Positions 1 to 9,600 of a stretch of DNA of 54,780 nucleotides are shown in pieces (within the stretch, counting starts at the first letter, position 1; each line of letters starts with the position of its first letter). The notes beneath the pieces are model-generated. The model saw only the letters and a program-made list of their open reading frames with translations. It ran no database searches and had not been told where the DNA came from. The position numbers and the translations under genes were made by a program. Source of the stretch: an uncultured bacterium (GTDB lineage Bacteria > SAR324 > NAC60-12); the NCBI GenBank assembly GCA_965662845.1, contig CBFIJD010000014.1:7776-62555 (forward strand), in the 5' to 3' direction.

Positions 1-633
1 CGACATGCCCATGTTCTGCAACAGGTCTGCGGCGAGCCCCACTGTGCGATACTTGAAGCCTTGCAGGTCGCGTGGCGTGTTGACGGGGTTTTTGAACCAC
101 CCAAACGGCTGCGGCGGCATCGGGAAGCCATAGAAGCCGTAAATGTTCAGGCCCATGATGTCTTGTGTCAGCTCGCGGTACAGCTCAGCGCCACCACCTT
201 GATAGAACCAGCCCATCATCGTGTTCGCGTTCCCACCAAACACTGGCCCTGTCCCGAAGAGAGAGGCCGCTTTGTTCTTTCCATACCAATACACCGACAC
301 AGAGTGCGCCGCGTCGAGCACGCCGTCGTTGACAGCGTCTAACACTTGGAACGCTCCCACGACGGCGCCTGCAGGGAGCAGCTCCACTTTGATTCTTCCA
401 CCAGACATTTGCTCTACCCGATCCACGTATTGCTGCGCGAACTCTTGCCAGATGTCCGAGGCTGGCCAAGAGGTCTGCATCTTCAGCGTGATCGATCTGC
501 TGTGTCCTGCCGCTTTCAGAATCGCTGGGGCTCCCACAGTGGTTGCAGCAACAGCGCCGACGGCCGCAGAGCCTTTCAGGAAGGAGCGGCGATTGACAGA
601 CTGGCTCGTGGTGTTGGGCACTTCTTGACTCAT
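1..633 (-). CDS. TRAP transporter substrate-binding protein (DctP/TakP-like), 3' end outside window
   Basis: Not in ORF track; manual translation from ATG at 633 (SD GAGGAGG upstream): MSQEVPNTTSQSVNRRSFLKGSAAVGAVAA (Tat motif RRSFLK) ...MQTSWPASDIWQEFAQQYVDRVEQMSGGRIKVELLPAGAVVGAFQVLDAVNDGVLDAAH...YWYGK...GWFK...KYRTVGLAADLLQ. Confidence 0.9.
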   Translation of the reverse strand, partial: MSQEVPNTTSQSVNRRSFLKGSAAVGAVAATTVGAPAILKAAGHSRSITLKMQTSWPASDIWQEFAQQYVDRVEQMSGGRIKVELLPAGAVVGAFQVLDAVNDGVLDAAHSVSVYWYGKNKAASLFGTGPVFGGNANTMMGWFYQGGGAELYRELTQDIMGLNIYGFYGFPMPPQPFGWFKNPVNTPRDLQGFKYRTVGLAADLLQNMGMS

Positions 634-1336
634 GAGAAACTCCTCCTCAGTAGTTGTGATTGGGCAACCTCTGCTCAAAAAAATGTATTTCATCTGCAAT
701 ACACAGCTTATTTTTTGCGACAGAAGTTGTGCTACATTTCTGCAAACTCAAAATATTCTCCGCGAGAATTTGTGATGTTTCCAAAAAAATCTTCGGAAAA
801 ATCATGTTGAGTCGAGTTTGCTAGGAGACGGAGCACTCCAATATTCATGCAAGATTGTGTCTCTCTCTAAATTTTGCCTCACAGATCAGAAATTCTCTCA
901 GTTTGAGCCTCTACGCTTTAGTAATCCGAGTTTTGAAAATTACAGAATCGTGACAAGATTTTGTTCGATCAAAATGTTTTTCTTTTGTTTTTGGGGTGTT
1001 CTTTTATTTTTTCTGAAAATACTCGTGTTTTTGTCTGCGCAATCGACAGGGGCGCTGCCCTCGCGCTTTTGCCCAGAAGATCACCACAAACCTATGAATA
1101 AACTGAATATTTACAGAGCGGAATATTCCAAAATCTAGAGATTTCCAGCTCCAGTGGATGTCGCTGAGCGTTGAGCGTTTTGTCTTTTTTTAATTATTTA
1201 AAAGACAAATAAATGTTCTCAAAGATTACTCCTCTAGGTTGAGAAGTCGAGGCGGAGAAATGGATACAATCTCGATGATTCCTTGTCGGTGCCTAGCAAG
1301 AAGCTGGGAGAGTAATCTTTTGAATTTAAAAAACGT

Positions 1337-1366
1337 TTGACAAAAACAACTGAAAATTAGTTTATT
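1337..1366 (+). promoter_or_regulatory. Putative sigma70 promoter for the dehydrogenase operon
   Basis: Perfect TTGACA at 1337-1342 in AT-rich context; -10 ambiguous (TAGTTT or TTTATT). Confidence 0.4.
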
Positions 1367-1468
1367 TCTTGCCTAACATTCCAAAGAAATGGGATGGGCA
1401 GTAATTTATTTGAGAATCGACGCGTTACTGCAAAGTTATGGATCTCTGTAATTAAAATGAGGAGTCAC

Positions 1469-2752
1469 ATGAAACTAACAATGAAGTGGTTCGGCGCCGC
1501 CCTCGCGGGTCTTTTGGTGGCTGGGAGCCTCTCAACTGCGTCCGCCAGAGACAACCTAGAGGACCTGAAGAAGTTCAAAGTCGCGACAACGGACTTGAAC
1601 ATCCCGACGGTGCCGCAAGAGGGGCGCAACGCCGATGCCCTGCGGAACAACCTGAAGAACGTCAAGCTCCCCCCTGGGTTCAAGATTGACCTCTTCGCGG
1701 TGGTACCAGACGCGCGGCACATGGCGGTCGCGCCGAACACCAACATGCTGTTTGTCGGAACCCGCAAGACAACGGTGTGGGCTGTGACGGATCGCAACTT
1801 TGACGGCTTTGCTGACGAAGTGAAGTCCTTTGCACCCTCGCTCAACTTCAAAGTGCCGAATGCCGTCTGCTGGACCAAAGATGGCTTCTTGGTCGTGGTG
1901 GAGCATAACCGCGTGTTGAACTTCCCCGCCGCAGAGTTTTTCTACGAAGGCCCAGATGTGGCGGTCATTGAAGTAGTCTCCCAAGGAAAGCTCATCCCTG
2001 AGTCGGAGGAGTCGTTCAACCACGGCGCGCGTACCTGCCGCATTGGAGATGACGGCCAGCTCTACGTCACGCTGGGGCAGCCATACAACGTGCAGCCCAG
2101 AGAGAAGATTGGCATGTACAACGAATATGGGATTGGCGGCATCATCCGCATGAACCCTTTCGATGGCACAAACCGAGAAGTCTTCGCAATTGGCGCGCGC
2201 AACTCGGTGGGCATGGACTTCAACCCTGCGGACGGAACCCTCTGGTGGACTGACAACCAAGTGGATGGGCTGGGAGACGACATCCCTCCAGGAGAGCTCA
2301 ATCGCTCGACGACGGTCGGACAGCACTTTGGCTTCCCTTACTGGAACGGAGACTACAAAGTCGCCGGCTCACCAGCCGCACCTGACCTCGCGGATATGGC
2401 CGAACCGATGAACGCGGTCTTCCCTGAAGTCAACTTTCCAGCCCACCAAGCGCAGCTGGGGATGAGCTTCTACAATGGCAAGAAGTTCCCAAGCAAATAT
2501 CGCGGTGGAATCTTCGTGGCTGCCCACGGCTCTTGGAACCGTACAGAAGCCAGCGGTGCGGAAATCCAGTTCATCCCCGTCAACGCCGATGGGACCGCAG
2601 GTGAGATGGAGGTCTTCGCCAAAGGCTGGCTCGACGAAGAGACCGGCATCTATCGCGGACGCCCCGTTGACGTGGCGCCGATGAAAGATGGCTCTCTGCT
2701 CGTCTCTGATGACTATGCCGGCGCGATTTATCGCATTTACTACGACGGATGA
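1469..2752 (+). CDS. PQQ-dependent glucose/sorbosone dehydrogenase family protein, secreted
   Basis: ATG 1469 after GAGGAG; signal peptide; motifs LPPGFKIDLFA, GARNSVGMDF, LWWTDNQVD, AAHGSWNR, GRPVDV, GSLLVSDDYAGAIYRI. Confidence 0.9.
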   Translation: MKLTMKWFGAALAGLLVAGSLSTASARDNLEDLKKFKVATTDLNIPTVPQEGRNADALRNNLKNVKLPPGFKIDLFAVVPDARHMAVAPNTNMLFVGTRKTTVWAVTDRNFDGFADEVKSFAPSLNFKVPNAVCWTKDGFLVVVEHNRVLNFPAAEFFYEGPDVAVIEVVSQGKLIPESEESFNHGARTCRIGDDGQLYVTLGQPYNVQPREKIGMYNEYGIGGIIRMNPFDGTNREVFAIGARNSVGMDFNPADGTLWWTDNQVDGLGDDIPPGELNRSTTVGQHFGFPYWNGDYKVAGSPAAPDLADMAEPMNAVFPEVNFPAHQAQLGMSFYNGKKFPSKYRGGIFVAAHGSWNRTEASGAEIQFIPVNADGTAGEMEVFAKGWLDEETGIYRGRPVDVAPMKDGSLLVSDDYAGAIYRIYYDG

Positions 2753-2959
2753 TTCCAAGAGGAGACAGACGTAGCCACGCTACAGTCTGAAGCGACCGTA
2801 GACATGGACGTTCCTTGAAGATGAGAGCACCCGCGCCGTGGGTGCTCTCTGACCTGTGCGGGGTAGCCCCACGAGGAGACCACGCAGAGGCCAACTCAAT
2901 GTTGACCACATCGTCTCGCAGAAGACGGAGCCACAAGACCACAAAAGGGAGGAGACACG

Positions 2960-3277
2960 ATGAAGAAAGCCTGCGGAGTATTGGCTGGGCTGCTGCTGGC
3001 GACCGCGACCGCGACCGCGTCCACGCAGCTCGGAGAGCAAAAAGCCGCGCAAGCCTGCGCCACCTGCCACGGCCCAGTCGGGATTTCGATGATGCCAAAC
3101 GCTCCGAACCTCGCGGGGCAGCCCTACCCTTACCTGCTGGAGCAACTCAAGCACTACCAAAACGGCAAGCGCAGCCACGAGATCATGAACGTGATCGCGA
3201 AGCAGCTCAGTGAAGACGAGATCGACGCGCTGGCTCGCTGGTACAGCTCCATCCGCGTGGAAGCCTACCGCCCGTGA
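2960..3277 (+). CDS. Monoheme class I cytochrome c (c553/c4-like)
   Basis: Signal peptide, CATCH heme motif, PNLAGQ, distal Met in HEIMNVIA; strong SD GGAGGAG. Confidence 0.92.
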   Translation: MKKACGVLAGLLLATATATASTQLGEQKAAQACATCHGPVGISMMPNAPNLAGQPYPYLLEQLKHYQNGKRSHEIMNVIAKQLSEDEIDALARWYSSIRVEAYRP

Positions 3278-3615
3278 AAATGGCCCTCTGCCTTGCCTTA
3301 GGAGGATTGCTCAGCTTAGGGAGCGTGTCTGCGCAGCCGCGACAGTCGGTGCGCTTCGTCACAGGCACACAGCTCTATGCGCTGCTGAGCGCTGCGGAAC
3401 CAGAGCAACGCGGCGCGGCGAAATACTACGTCTTGGGCATTGTGGACGGCCTCTCCTTGCTGCGAGACCCGACGCTGTGCGTGGACGCCTCGACGGACAG
3501 CGAGGACTTGCTGGATCTGTTGGAGTCCACTCTGCGCGAACGCCCAGAGATCCGACGCTACAACGCGGCGAGTTTGGTGCGCGAAATTCTCTCGCAAGGG
3601 CACCCGTGCACTTGA
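3274..3615 (+). CDS. Secreted Rap1a/Tai immunity-like family protein
   Basis: Signal peptide; FVTGTQLY...YVLGIVDG...LC...L..RPE.R.YNAASLV..IL...HPC pattern with two Cys; GTGA overlap with cytochrome c stop. Confidence 0.65.
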   Translation: MKMALCLALGGLLSLGSVSAQPRQSVRFVTGTQLYALLSAAEPEQRGAAKYYVLGIVDGLSLLRDPTLCVDASTDSEDLLDLLESTLRERPEIRRYNAASLVREILSQGHPCT

Positions 3616-3773
3616 AGAGGCGCTGCCTGCGGCGCGCACAAGCTACCTCATGGTCGAGTGGTCTAGGGATCCAACTGCGAGAGAAGGAGTGCTCTCCAGC
3701 TGCGGATGTATTCTGGGAAAGCTCGGATCAACGCTCCCCTTCACCACCTCTATGTTCTCGGTAGACGCCGCCT

Positions 3774-4664
3774 ATGAAGTCTCTGTCTTCGTCCAGGGTC
3801 TCTTCCAACGCTGGGCCGCTTGTGCCTTCCCATGACAAGCTGACTCCGTTGCGCTACTGGCGCTGTTTTCAGGGGATCATGTTGCGCGAAGCGTATCGCT
3901 TCTTTCAACAGACGGGGCGCATGCTGGCGGCGCTGGTGCGCCCGCTGGTGTGGCTGTTTGTGTTTGCGACAGGTTTCCGCACCGTGATGGGCTTCCCGTC
4001 GACTCCGCCTTACGCCTCATATGTCGAGTATGACGTCTACATCACGCCGGGACTGCTCGGCATGATTCTGCTGTTCAACGGCATGCAGACCTCGCTAGCC
4101 ATGGCCTACGACCGCGAGATGGGCAGCATGAAGACGTTGCTCACCAGCCCCCTGCCGCGCTGGTATCTGCTCACCTGCAAATTGATGGCAGGGACGCTCC
4201 TCTCGATCTTGCAGTGCTACGTCTATTTAGCGATCGCAGGGGTTTGGGTATACAGCCGACTGGGGACTTTCCCCTTGCCGCCGCCGGAAGGGCTGCTGAC
4301 TCTCTTCCCGGCGCTCATGCTCTGCGGCGTCATGCTGGGAGCGCTTGGGCTCTTCGTCTCCTCGGTCATCAAGCAGCTTGAGAACTTCGCGGGCGTGATG
4401 AACTTCATCATCTTTCCGATGTTTTTCACATCAACGGCCTTGTATCCGCTCTGGCGCGTTCAGCTCTCCAGCGAGGTCATGGCCAATGTGATGTACCTCA
4501 ATCCCTTCAGTCATGTGGTGGAGTTTGTGCGCTTTGCCCTCTATGCCCAGTTCAATCCAGAAGCCTTCGCGTGGGTTTGTGCTGTAGGCTTGGTGTTTCT
4601 GTTTCTGGCGATCTGGGGATACGACCCTCGGCTAGGAAATTTGGCTAAGCGCCCCGGCGCCTGA
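3774..4664 (+). CDS. ABC-2 type permease resembling those of PQQ alcohol-dehydrogenase systems (PedC-like)
   Basis: LVRPLVWLFVFATGFR, YITPGLLGMILLFNGMQ, YDREMGSMKTLLTSPLPR, QLENFAGVMNFIIFPMFF, NPFSHVVEFVRFALY, GYDP; start uncertain. Confidence 0.85.
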   Translation: MKSLSSSRVSSNAGPLVPSHDKLTPLRYWRCFQGIMLREAYRFFQQTGRMLAALVRPLVWLFVFATGFRTVMGFPSTPPYASYVEYDVYITPGLLGMILLFNGMQTSLAMAYDREMGSMKTLLTSPLPRWYLLTCKLMAGTLLSILQCYVYLAIAGVWVYSRLGTFPLPPPEGLLTLFPALMLCGVMLGALGLFVSSVIKQLENFAGVMNFIIFPMFFTSTALYPLWRVQLSSEVMANVMYLNPFSHVVEFVRFALYAQFNPEAFAWVCAVGLVFLFLAIWGYDPRLGNLAKRPGA

Positions 4665-4727
4665 CGTCCCCACGACGACCCCTCCGCGCCGCTCAAGGCG
4701 CATCTCTTCACACTACAAGGAGTATTC

Positions 4728-5276
4728 ATGAGCACCAATGAGTTGCTGGTTCCCCACGACGACGGGGCTGCGGATCACTTAACAGGCATGCGCTTGCCCA
4801 ACGTGACGCTGGTAGACACCGACGGCAACTCTGTCCATTTCAGCGAGCTGCGAGGGCGCTGGACAATTTTTGTCTATCCAATGACCGGAAAACCGGGGGT
4901 GCCGCTGCCAGAGGGTTGGGACGAGATCCCGGGCGCCAAAGGCTGCACTCCGCAGTCTTGCGGCTTTCGAGATCACTATGCTGCGCTGCAGGAGGTCGGT
5001 TCGCAGGTGCTGGGCGTGAGCGCGCAGTCTTCTGAAGAGCAACGCGAGGCAAAAGCGCGGTTAGCGCTGCCTTACGCCTTGGTGAGCGACGCGACGCACC
5101 AGCTCAAGCAGACGCTGCGTCTCCCTACGTTTGAGGCCGCAGGCAAGGAACTCTACAAGCGCATGGCCTTGCTGGTAGAAGATCAGACGATCGTGCATAC
5201 GATCTATCCGGTGTTCCCTCCTGGTGAAAACGCGGAGCAAGCGCTGTCGTGGTGGGCGCAAGCGCCAAGGGGCTGA
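4728..5276 (+). CDS. Peroxiredoxin (BCP/PrxQ-like)
   Basis: YPMTG...GWDEIPGAKGCTPQSCGFRD; SD AAGGAG. Confidence 0.88.
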   Translation: MSTNELLVPHDDGAADHLTGMRLPNVTLVDTDGNSVHFSELRGRWTIFVYPMTGKPGVPLPEGWDEIPGAKGCTPQSCGFRDHYAALQEVGSQVLGVSAQSSEEQREAKARLALPYALVSDATHQLKQTLRLPTFEAAGKELYKRMALLVEDQTIVHTIYPVFPPGENAEQALSWWAQAPRG

Positions 5277-5465
5277 CGACTTCTGGGGGGTGTCGCTACG
5301 GGCGCTGCTGGAATTGTCGGGCGCACAAACCGAGCGCAGCGGCGCAAGCAGGGAAGACGGAGACTCGGGCAGCCCACCGAAGTTGTGGGCCCTTCTCCTC
5401 AGGCAAGCACTACCGAAGTGGTCTTGAGATTTTCTCTTGAAAAATCGATTCGCTCTCGTCAGCGT

Positions 5466-5488
5466 AACCGTTTTGGTTCCATTCTGGG
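5466..5488 (+). promoter_or_regulatory. Putative antitoxin operator
   Basis: AACC-gtttt-GGTT inverted repeat followed by CCA-ttc-TGG, downstream of TTGAAA (5438) and about 30-50 bp before the antitoxin ATG. Confidence 0.4.
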
Positions 5489-5519
5489 TTTGATTTTGGA
5501 CAAAACGAAAGAGATTCTC

Positions 5520-5759
5520 ATGAGTACCATCACATTGAAAAACATCCCCACTAGCCTGCATGAAAAACTTCGTCGCAACGCGGCGCTGCATCATCGCAGC
5601 CTAAATAACGAAATTATCGCCTGTTTGGAGAGCGCAACCTCTTCGGTTTCCATCGATCCTAACCAGCTGCTGGCGCAAGCGCGTTTGCTACGACAACAAG
5701 TGAAGCAGCCTTTAACCGAAACTATGCTTGAGCAATTCAAGCAAGATGGTCGGTTATGA
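5520..5759 (+). CDS. Antitoxin, FitA/Arc-like ribbon-helix-helix
   Basis: MSTITLKNIPTSLHEKLRRNAALHHRSLNNEIIACLE; ATGA overlap with toxin. Confidence 0.88.
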   Translation: MSTITLKNIPTSLHEKLRRNAALHHRSLNNEIIACLESATSSVSIDPNQLLAQARLLRQQVKQPLTETMLEQFKQDGRL

Positions 5760-6163
5760 TTGTTGTGGATACGAATATCATCGCTTATTTCTGGATTCCC
5801 GGAGAGCATACCGAAGCCACCGAACAGTTATTTCAGTTTGACCGAGACTGGAACGTACCGTTGCTGTGGCGCTCGGAATTTCGAAATGTACTCGTGAGTT
5901 ACCTTCGTGCCCAATGGCTGACTTTGAACGTGGCTGAACAAATCATTAACCGCGCAGAGCAAGCCTTGGCAAAGCATGAATTTGCCGTACAATCTGCCGA
6001 CGTTTTGCGTTATGCCGCTCAGTCTCAATGCTCTGCCTATGATTGTGAGTTTGTGGTTTTAGCGGATGACTTGGGAGTTCCACTGATCACCACCGATAAA
6101 AAAGTTCTCCGAGAATTCCCTCGAACCGCAATGTCCGTTACAGACTATCTTCAAAATTCATGA
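5756..6163 (+). CDS. vapC: VapC-family PIN-domain toxin
   Basis: MIVVDTNII...LWRSEFRNVL...SAYDCEFVVLA...LITTDKKV, PIN acidic residues present. Confidence 0.92.
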   Translation: MIVVDTNIIAYFWIPGEHTEATEQLFQFDRDWNVPLLWRSEFRNVLVSYLRAQWLTLNVAEQIINRAEQALAKHEFAVQSADVLRYAAQSQCSAYDCEFVVLADDLGVPLITTDKKVLREFPRTAMSVTDYLQNS

Positions 6164-6323
6164 CGGGGTAGACCGCAACAAAGACCGTTTGGGAACCTCC
6201 CTTACGTTCGGACGAATTGGTCAGATTTTTTTGGGTTTGGTTGGAGCGGCCCTACGGTCATCTGGTGGGGGCACGGCGCGGTGCCCTTAAGGAGAAACAG
6301 TTGGCAGCGACAAACGAGGCCGC

Positions 6324-6521
6324 TCACAGCTGCTGAATCAGGCTCGTGGGGCTGGGAGGGAAGAAGGAAGTGGTCGCGACCGGCTCGTTTTGGTTGTCAG
6401 TAGGCGTCGTCGTGTTGTCAGTAGGCGTCGTCGTGACGACCGCGTCGTCGGAGGAGTCGTCACTGGCGCAGGCGCTCAGTAGCAACGCTCCAGCCAGCAG
6501 CAGAAAACAAATGGTTCGCAT
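6324..6521 (-). CDS. Small Thr/Asp-rich lipoprotein (65 aa)
   Basis: ATG 6521 after GGAG; lipobox LLLSAC; low-complexity linker; tail SFFPPSPTSLIQQL. Confidence 0.7.
   Translation of the reverse strand: MRTICFLLLAGALLLSACASDDSSDDAVVTTTPTDNTTTPTDNQNEPVATTSFFPPSPTSLIQQL
6393..6434. repeat. 21-bp perfect tandem duplication (TTTPTDN x2)
   Basis: GTTGTCAGTAGGCGTCGTCGT twice. Confidence 0.95.
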
Positions 6522-6622
6522 GAAATCTCCAGAGAAGTTGAGAGGCAGTGAGGGAGAACTCCTCGCTCTGGTTGCCGATGCGCTTGCGGGGGCAAGCCAG
6601 CCTGGAGCGAGGGGCGTTGTGA

Positions 6623-9600
6623 TTACATCGGTGGCTGACGCAGGCTGCGCTGGTTGGAGTTGGGCGGCTGCACTTGCACCCAGTAGGCTTCGCCCACCGC
6701 GAGCGGCTCGTTGATCGACCACTCCGCGAGTCCTTCGGCGTCACGCTGGGCCAGAATTTCGGCGTCCGTGGAGTAGACCTGCCACGCACCATCCACAGAG
6801 CGCCACAGCGCCAGCACATTGGTCGGTAAGGTCGCGAGCAGTTCTGTGATCGCCACTGGCTGATCGGTGTTGTTGCCCAGCAGGCGCCACTCGCTCGTTG
6901 TGTCGCTGGTGGTGTCGCGCAAGGTTCCTCCTGGAGCGTCCGACATCGTAAGCGTCAAAAAGTAGTCGCTTTGGACATAAACACCGTCGCCACTGCGAGC
7001 TTCTTCGACTTGGGGAACCTCCAGACGATTTGCCAGAGAGACCGCCGTTGTAAGGTCGGGGCTGAAGGCTTGCCACGACTGGTTGTCCGCATTCCACGTC
7101 CAAAACGAGTGGGCGTTGCCCAGCAGAACTTCCCAATCGAAAGCGCTCAGATCCTCAGCCGTGGGAAAGCTGAAGAGGTTCGCCCCCTCCGCAAGGGTGA
7201 ACTGCCGCGCAGAGTTCGTGACCAAGAAAGACTCGCCGACCGCTAGGGTGCTCTGCGTGTCCCCACGAGTGAGAGACACGCTCCCGCTGCTCACGACCAC
7301 AGACGTCCGACTACTATTGAACGGCCTCAGCACTTCCAAGGTCGTGTTCGCCTCCGCAGCCGCAACGTATACCGCAGCGTTGGTTTGAGGATCGCGTCCC
7401 ATGTAGAGACCGGTCGAACCGACCTCAGTGGCGGCTGCATCACGAGCCTCTCGATTCGTGACCGGGACACCGGTGGCCAAAGGCATAGAGGCCGCGACTC
7501 CCCCGTCTTGGATGGAGACCGAGCTCCCCGCGGTCAACTTCGGTAACACCACCTTAGACGACTGTCCGTCGCTATTGGTCACGGACAGCTGCACTTCAAG
7601 CTCCCCGTTGGCGTTTTGTGACACGCTAGGCGTCACGCTTGAGCCGTCGGTGTTCGTTACTGTGGGCAGCGTACTACGCAACGTCCCTGTGTAGCTCAGA
7701 GACGTCGAACCTCCGGCCGGTAACGTGATCTGGCTCTCGGCGACCACGTTCCCGTTCGCATCTTTGATCGGAGTCGAAGTGGCGACCGAGCCATCTTCGT
7801 TGACCGTCAGATCCATTCTCTCCACGGAGCTTTGGGTGACCGCCTCTGGCGCCACGGTCGTGAGGAGTGTGTTGCCACTCACCGAGGTCTGTGCGCCTTC
7901 CGGAGCAGCGAGGCTGGTCTTCAGCACCGAGCCGTCGGCGGCGGTGACTTCCACTTCGGTCGTAGAAGCTCCTTTGGGATCGACCACTGCGGTCACTTTG
8001 TTGTTACCCACGTTCAGCGTCGCGGTCACCGAGCCGTCATCGCCGATTTCAGTCACGGTTCCAGCCGGCAAGTTGTTGAAGCTGGTCGTGGTGGCCGTCG
8101 CGGCGGGGTTCGTGGTGTCCACTGCGATGGCCTGCGTTCCGTCGAGGTTCAGCGTCGCTCGAATCTCCGTCTCGGGCTTGGTGACGCTCTCCGGCAGCTG
8201 CACCACCGTCGTAGTCGACTCTCCGGGGTTGCCAATCACTTGGACGTTGTCCCCTTTCGGAGCGTTGACGCTCGAGTCGCCGATAGAGGTCACCGTCTCT
8301 GTCACGCTGGCGTTATCATCATTCACACTAATCACGGTAGAGTTCGTGAGGACAACCGACACCGTAGCGGTGGCTGAGGCCCCGAGGTTGTCTGTCACCC
8401 GAAAGCTGAAGGCGTCGCTGGTAGCCGCTGCCGATGTGGACGTATACGTGAAGGCGTTGGAGCGAGTGTTGGCCAAGGTCACCTCCCCTTGCGAGGGAGG
8501 GCTGACGATCGCGAATGTATGCACATCATCCTGATCTACGTCTACATACGGCAACGTCCCTGTGTAAGCGCCTCTGCTCTCCACCGAGATAGACAAATTG
8601 CTCGCGACAGGGACATCGTTCGTGCCGGTGACGGTCAACGAGATGTTCGCGCTCGCCGAGGTGCCGCTGTTGTTGTCTGTCGCGCTGTAAGTGAAGACCT
8701 CCGTGTAGTTTTTGCCAGCGGACAGTCGCTCCGCAGGAGTGAAGAGCAAGGAGCCGACGGCTGAGTCTGGGATGCTCGCGGTGCCCAAACTCGGAGAACC
8801 AACGATTTGAAAGCTGGTGATGTTATCGCCGTCCACATCGGTGGCTGAGAGCGTGATGTTGCCCGGAGTCCCTTCTGTGAAGATCGCGCTCACGTCGTTC
8901 GCGACAGGGACATCGTTCGTGCCGGTGACGGTCAAGTTCACTAGCGCGACGGTCGAGTTCTCGCTGTTGTTGTCTGTTACTAAGTAAGTGAAGTTGTCGT
9001 GATAAGTGAGCCCGGCGCTCAAGTTGTCAAAGGCCGAATAGGTCACGCTCGAGGAGTAGTTCCCTGGAGCGACAAACGTCGCGCTCCCCAGAGAACCCAA
9101 GGCGCCATAGGTGGGGGAAGACAACAGCGAGAAACTCAGCGAATCGTTCTCGGCAGCCATGCCTGTGAGGAGGATATCGAGAGGAATATCTTCTGTTACT
9201 GTAAGTCCCGTTTTATTATCAGCGACAGGAACATTGATTAATGCAATTGTTGCGTTGTCTGTTGCTGTTGATCCTGCTTTGTTCTGGACAGTAAGTGTTA
9301 GTGTTTTGGTTGGAGTTGGTGATCTGGATGTGTTTTGATATTTTACGGATTGAAGAATATTGATGACAGCATTTTCGCTAAGAGTACCTTCTGAAGTGCT
9401 GACTGCAATTTCATCTACTTCTAAGAATCCCCCAAGAGCACTTCCACCGGAAGCATCAAAAGAACCTGCAACAAAAACAAATTGATAGGTGCCGTTGTCT
9501 CCATTGCCGATTGTGACTGTTTTTTGAGCCCAATCTGTTCCGGTTGAATCAGTCCCCGTTTCGTCTAGAAGTAAAATTGTACTTCCTGTTGTCGCCTCTA

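Noticed and set aside
846..866. Possible sigma54 promoter on the minus strand (AGACAC-AATC-TTGCA)
   Set aside because: Lacks the invariant GG at -24.
818..1138. 106-aa ORF in the AT-rich spacer
   Set aside because: TTG start, Phe-rich artefact of T-tracts, no recognisable motif.
3645..3740. tRNA D-arm-like string CTCATGGTCGAGTGGTCTAGG
   Set aside because: No T-loop (GTTCRA), anticodon arm or acceptor stem could be built.
6265..6289. REP/RAYT mobile element
   Set aside because: Single short hairpin, no second copy seen and no RAYT transposase in the window.
8602..8935. 37-bp repeats as DGR template/variable repeats
   Set aside because: Copies are identical with no adenine-specific mismatches, and no reverse transcriptase is present; explained by Ig-domain duplication.
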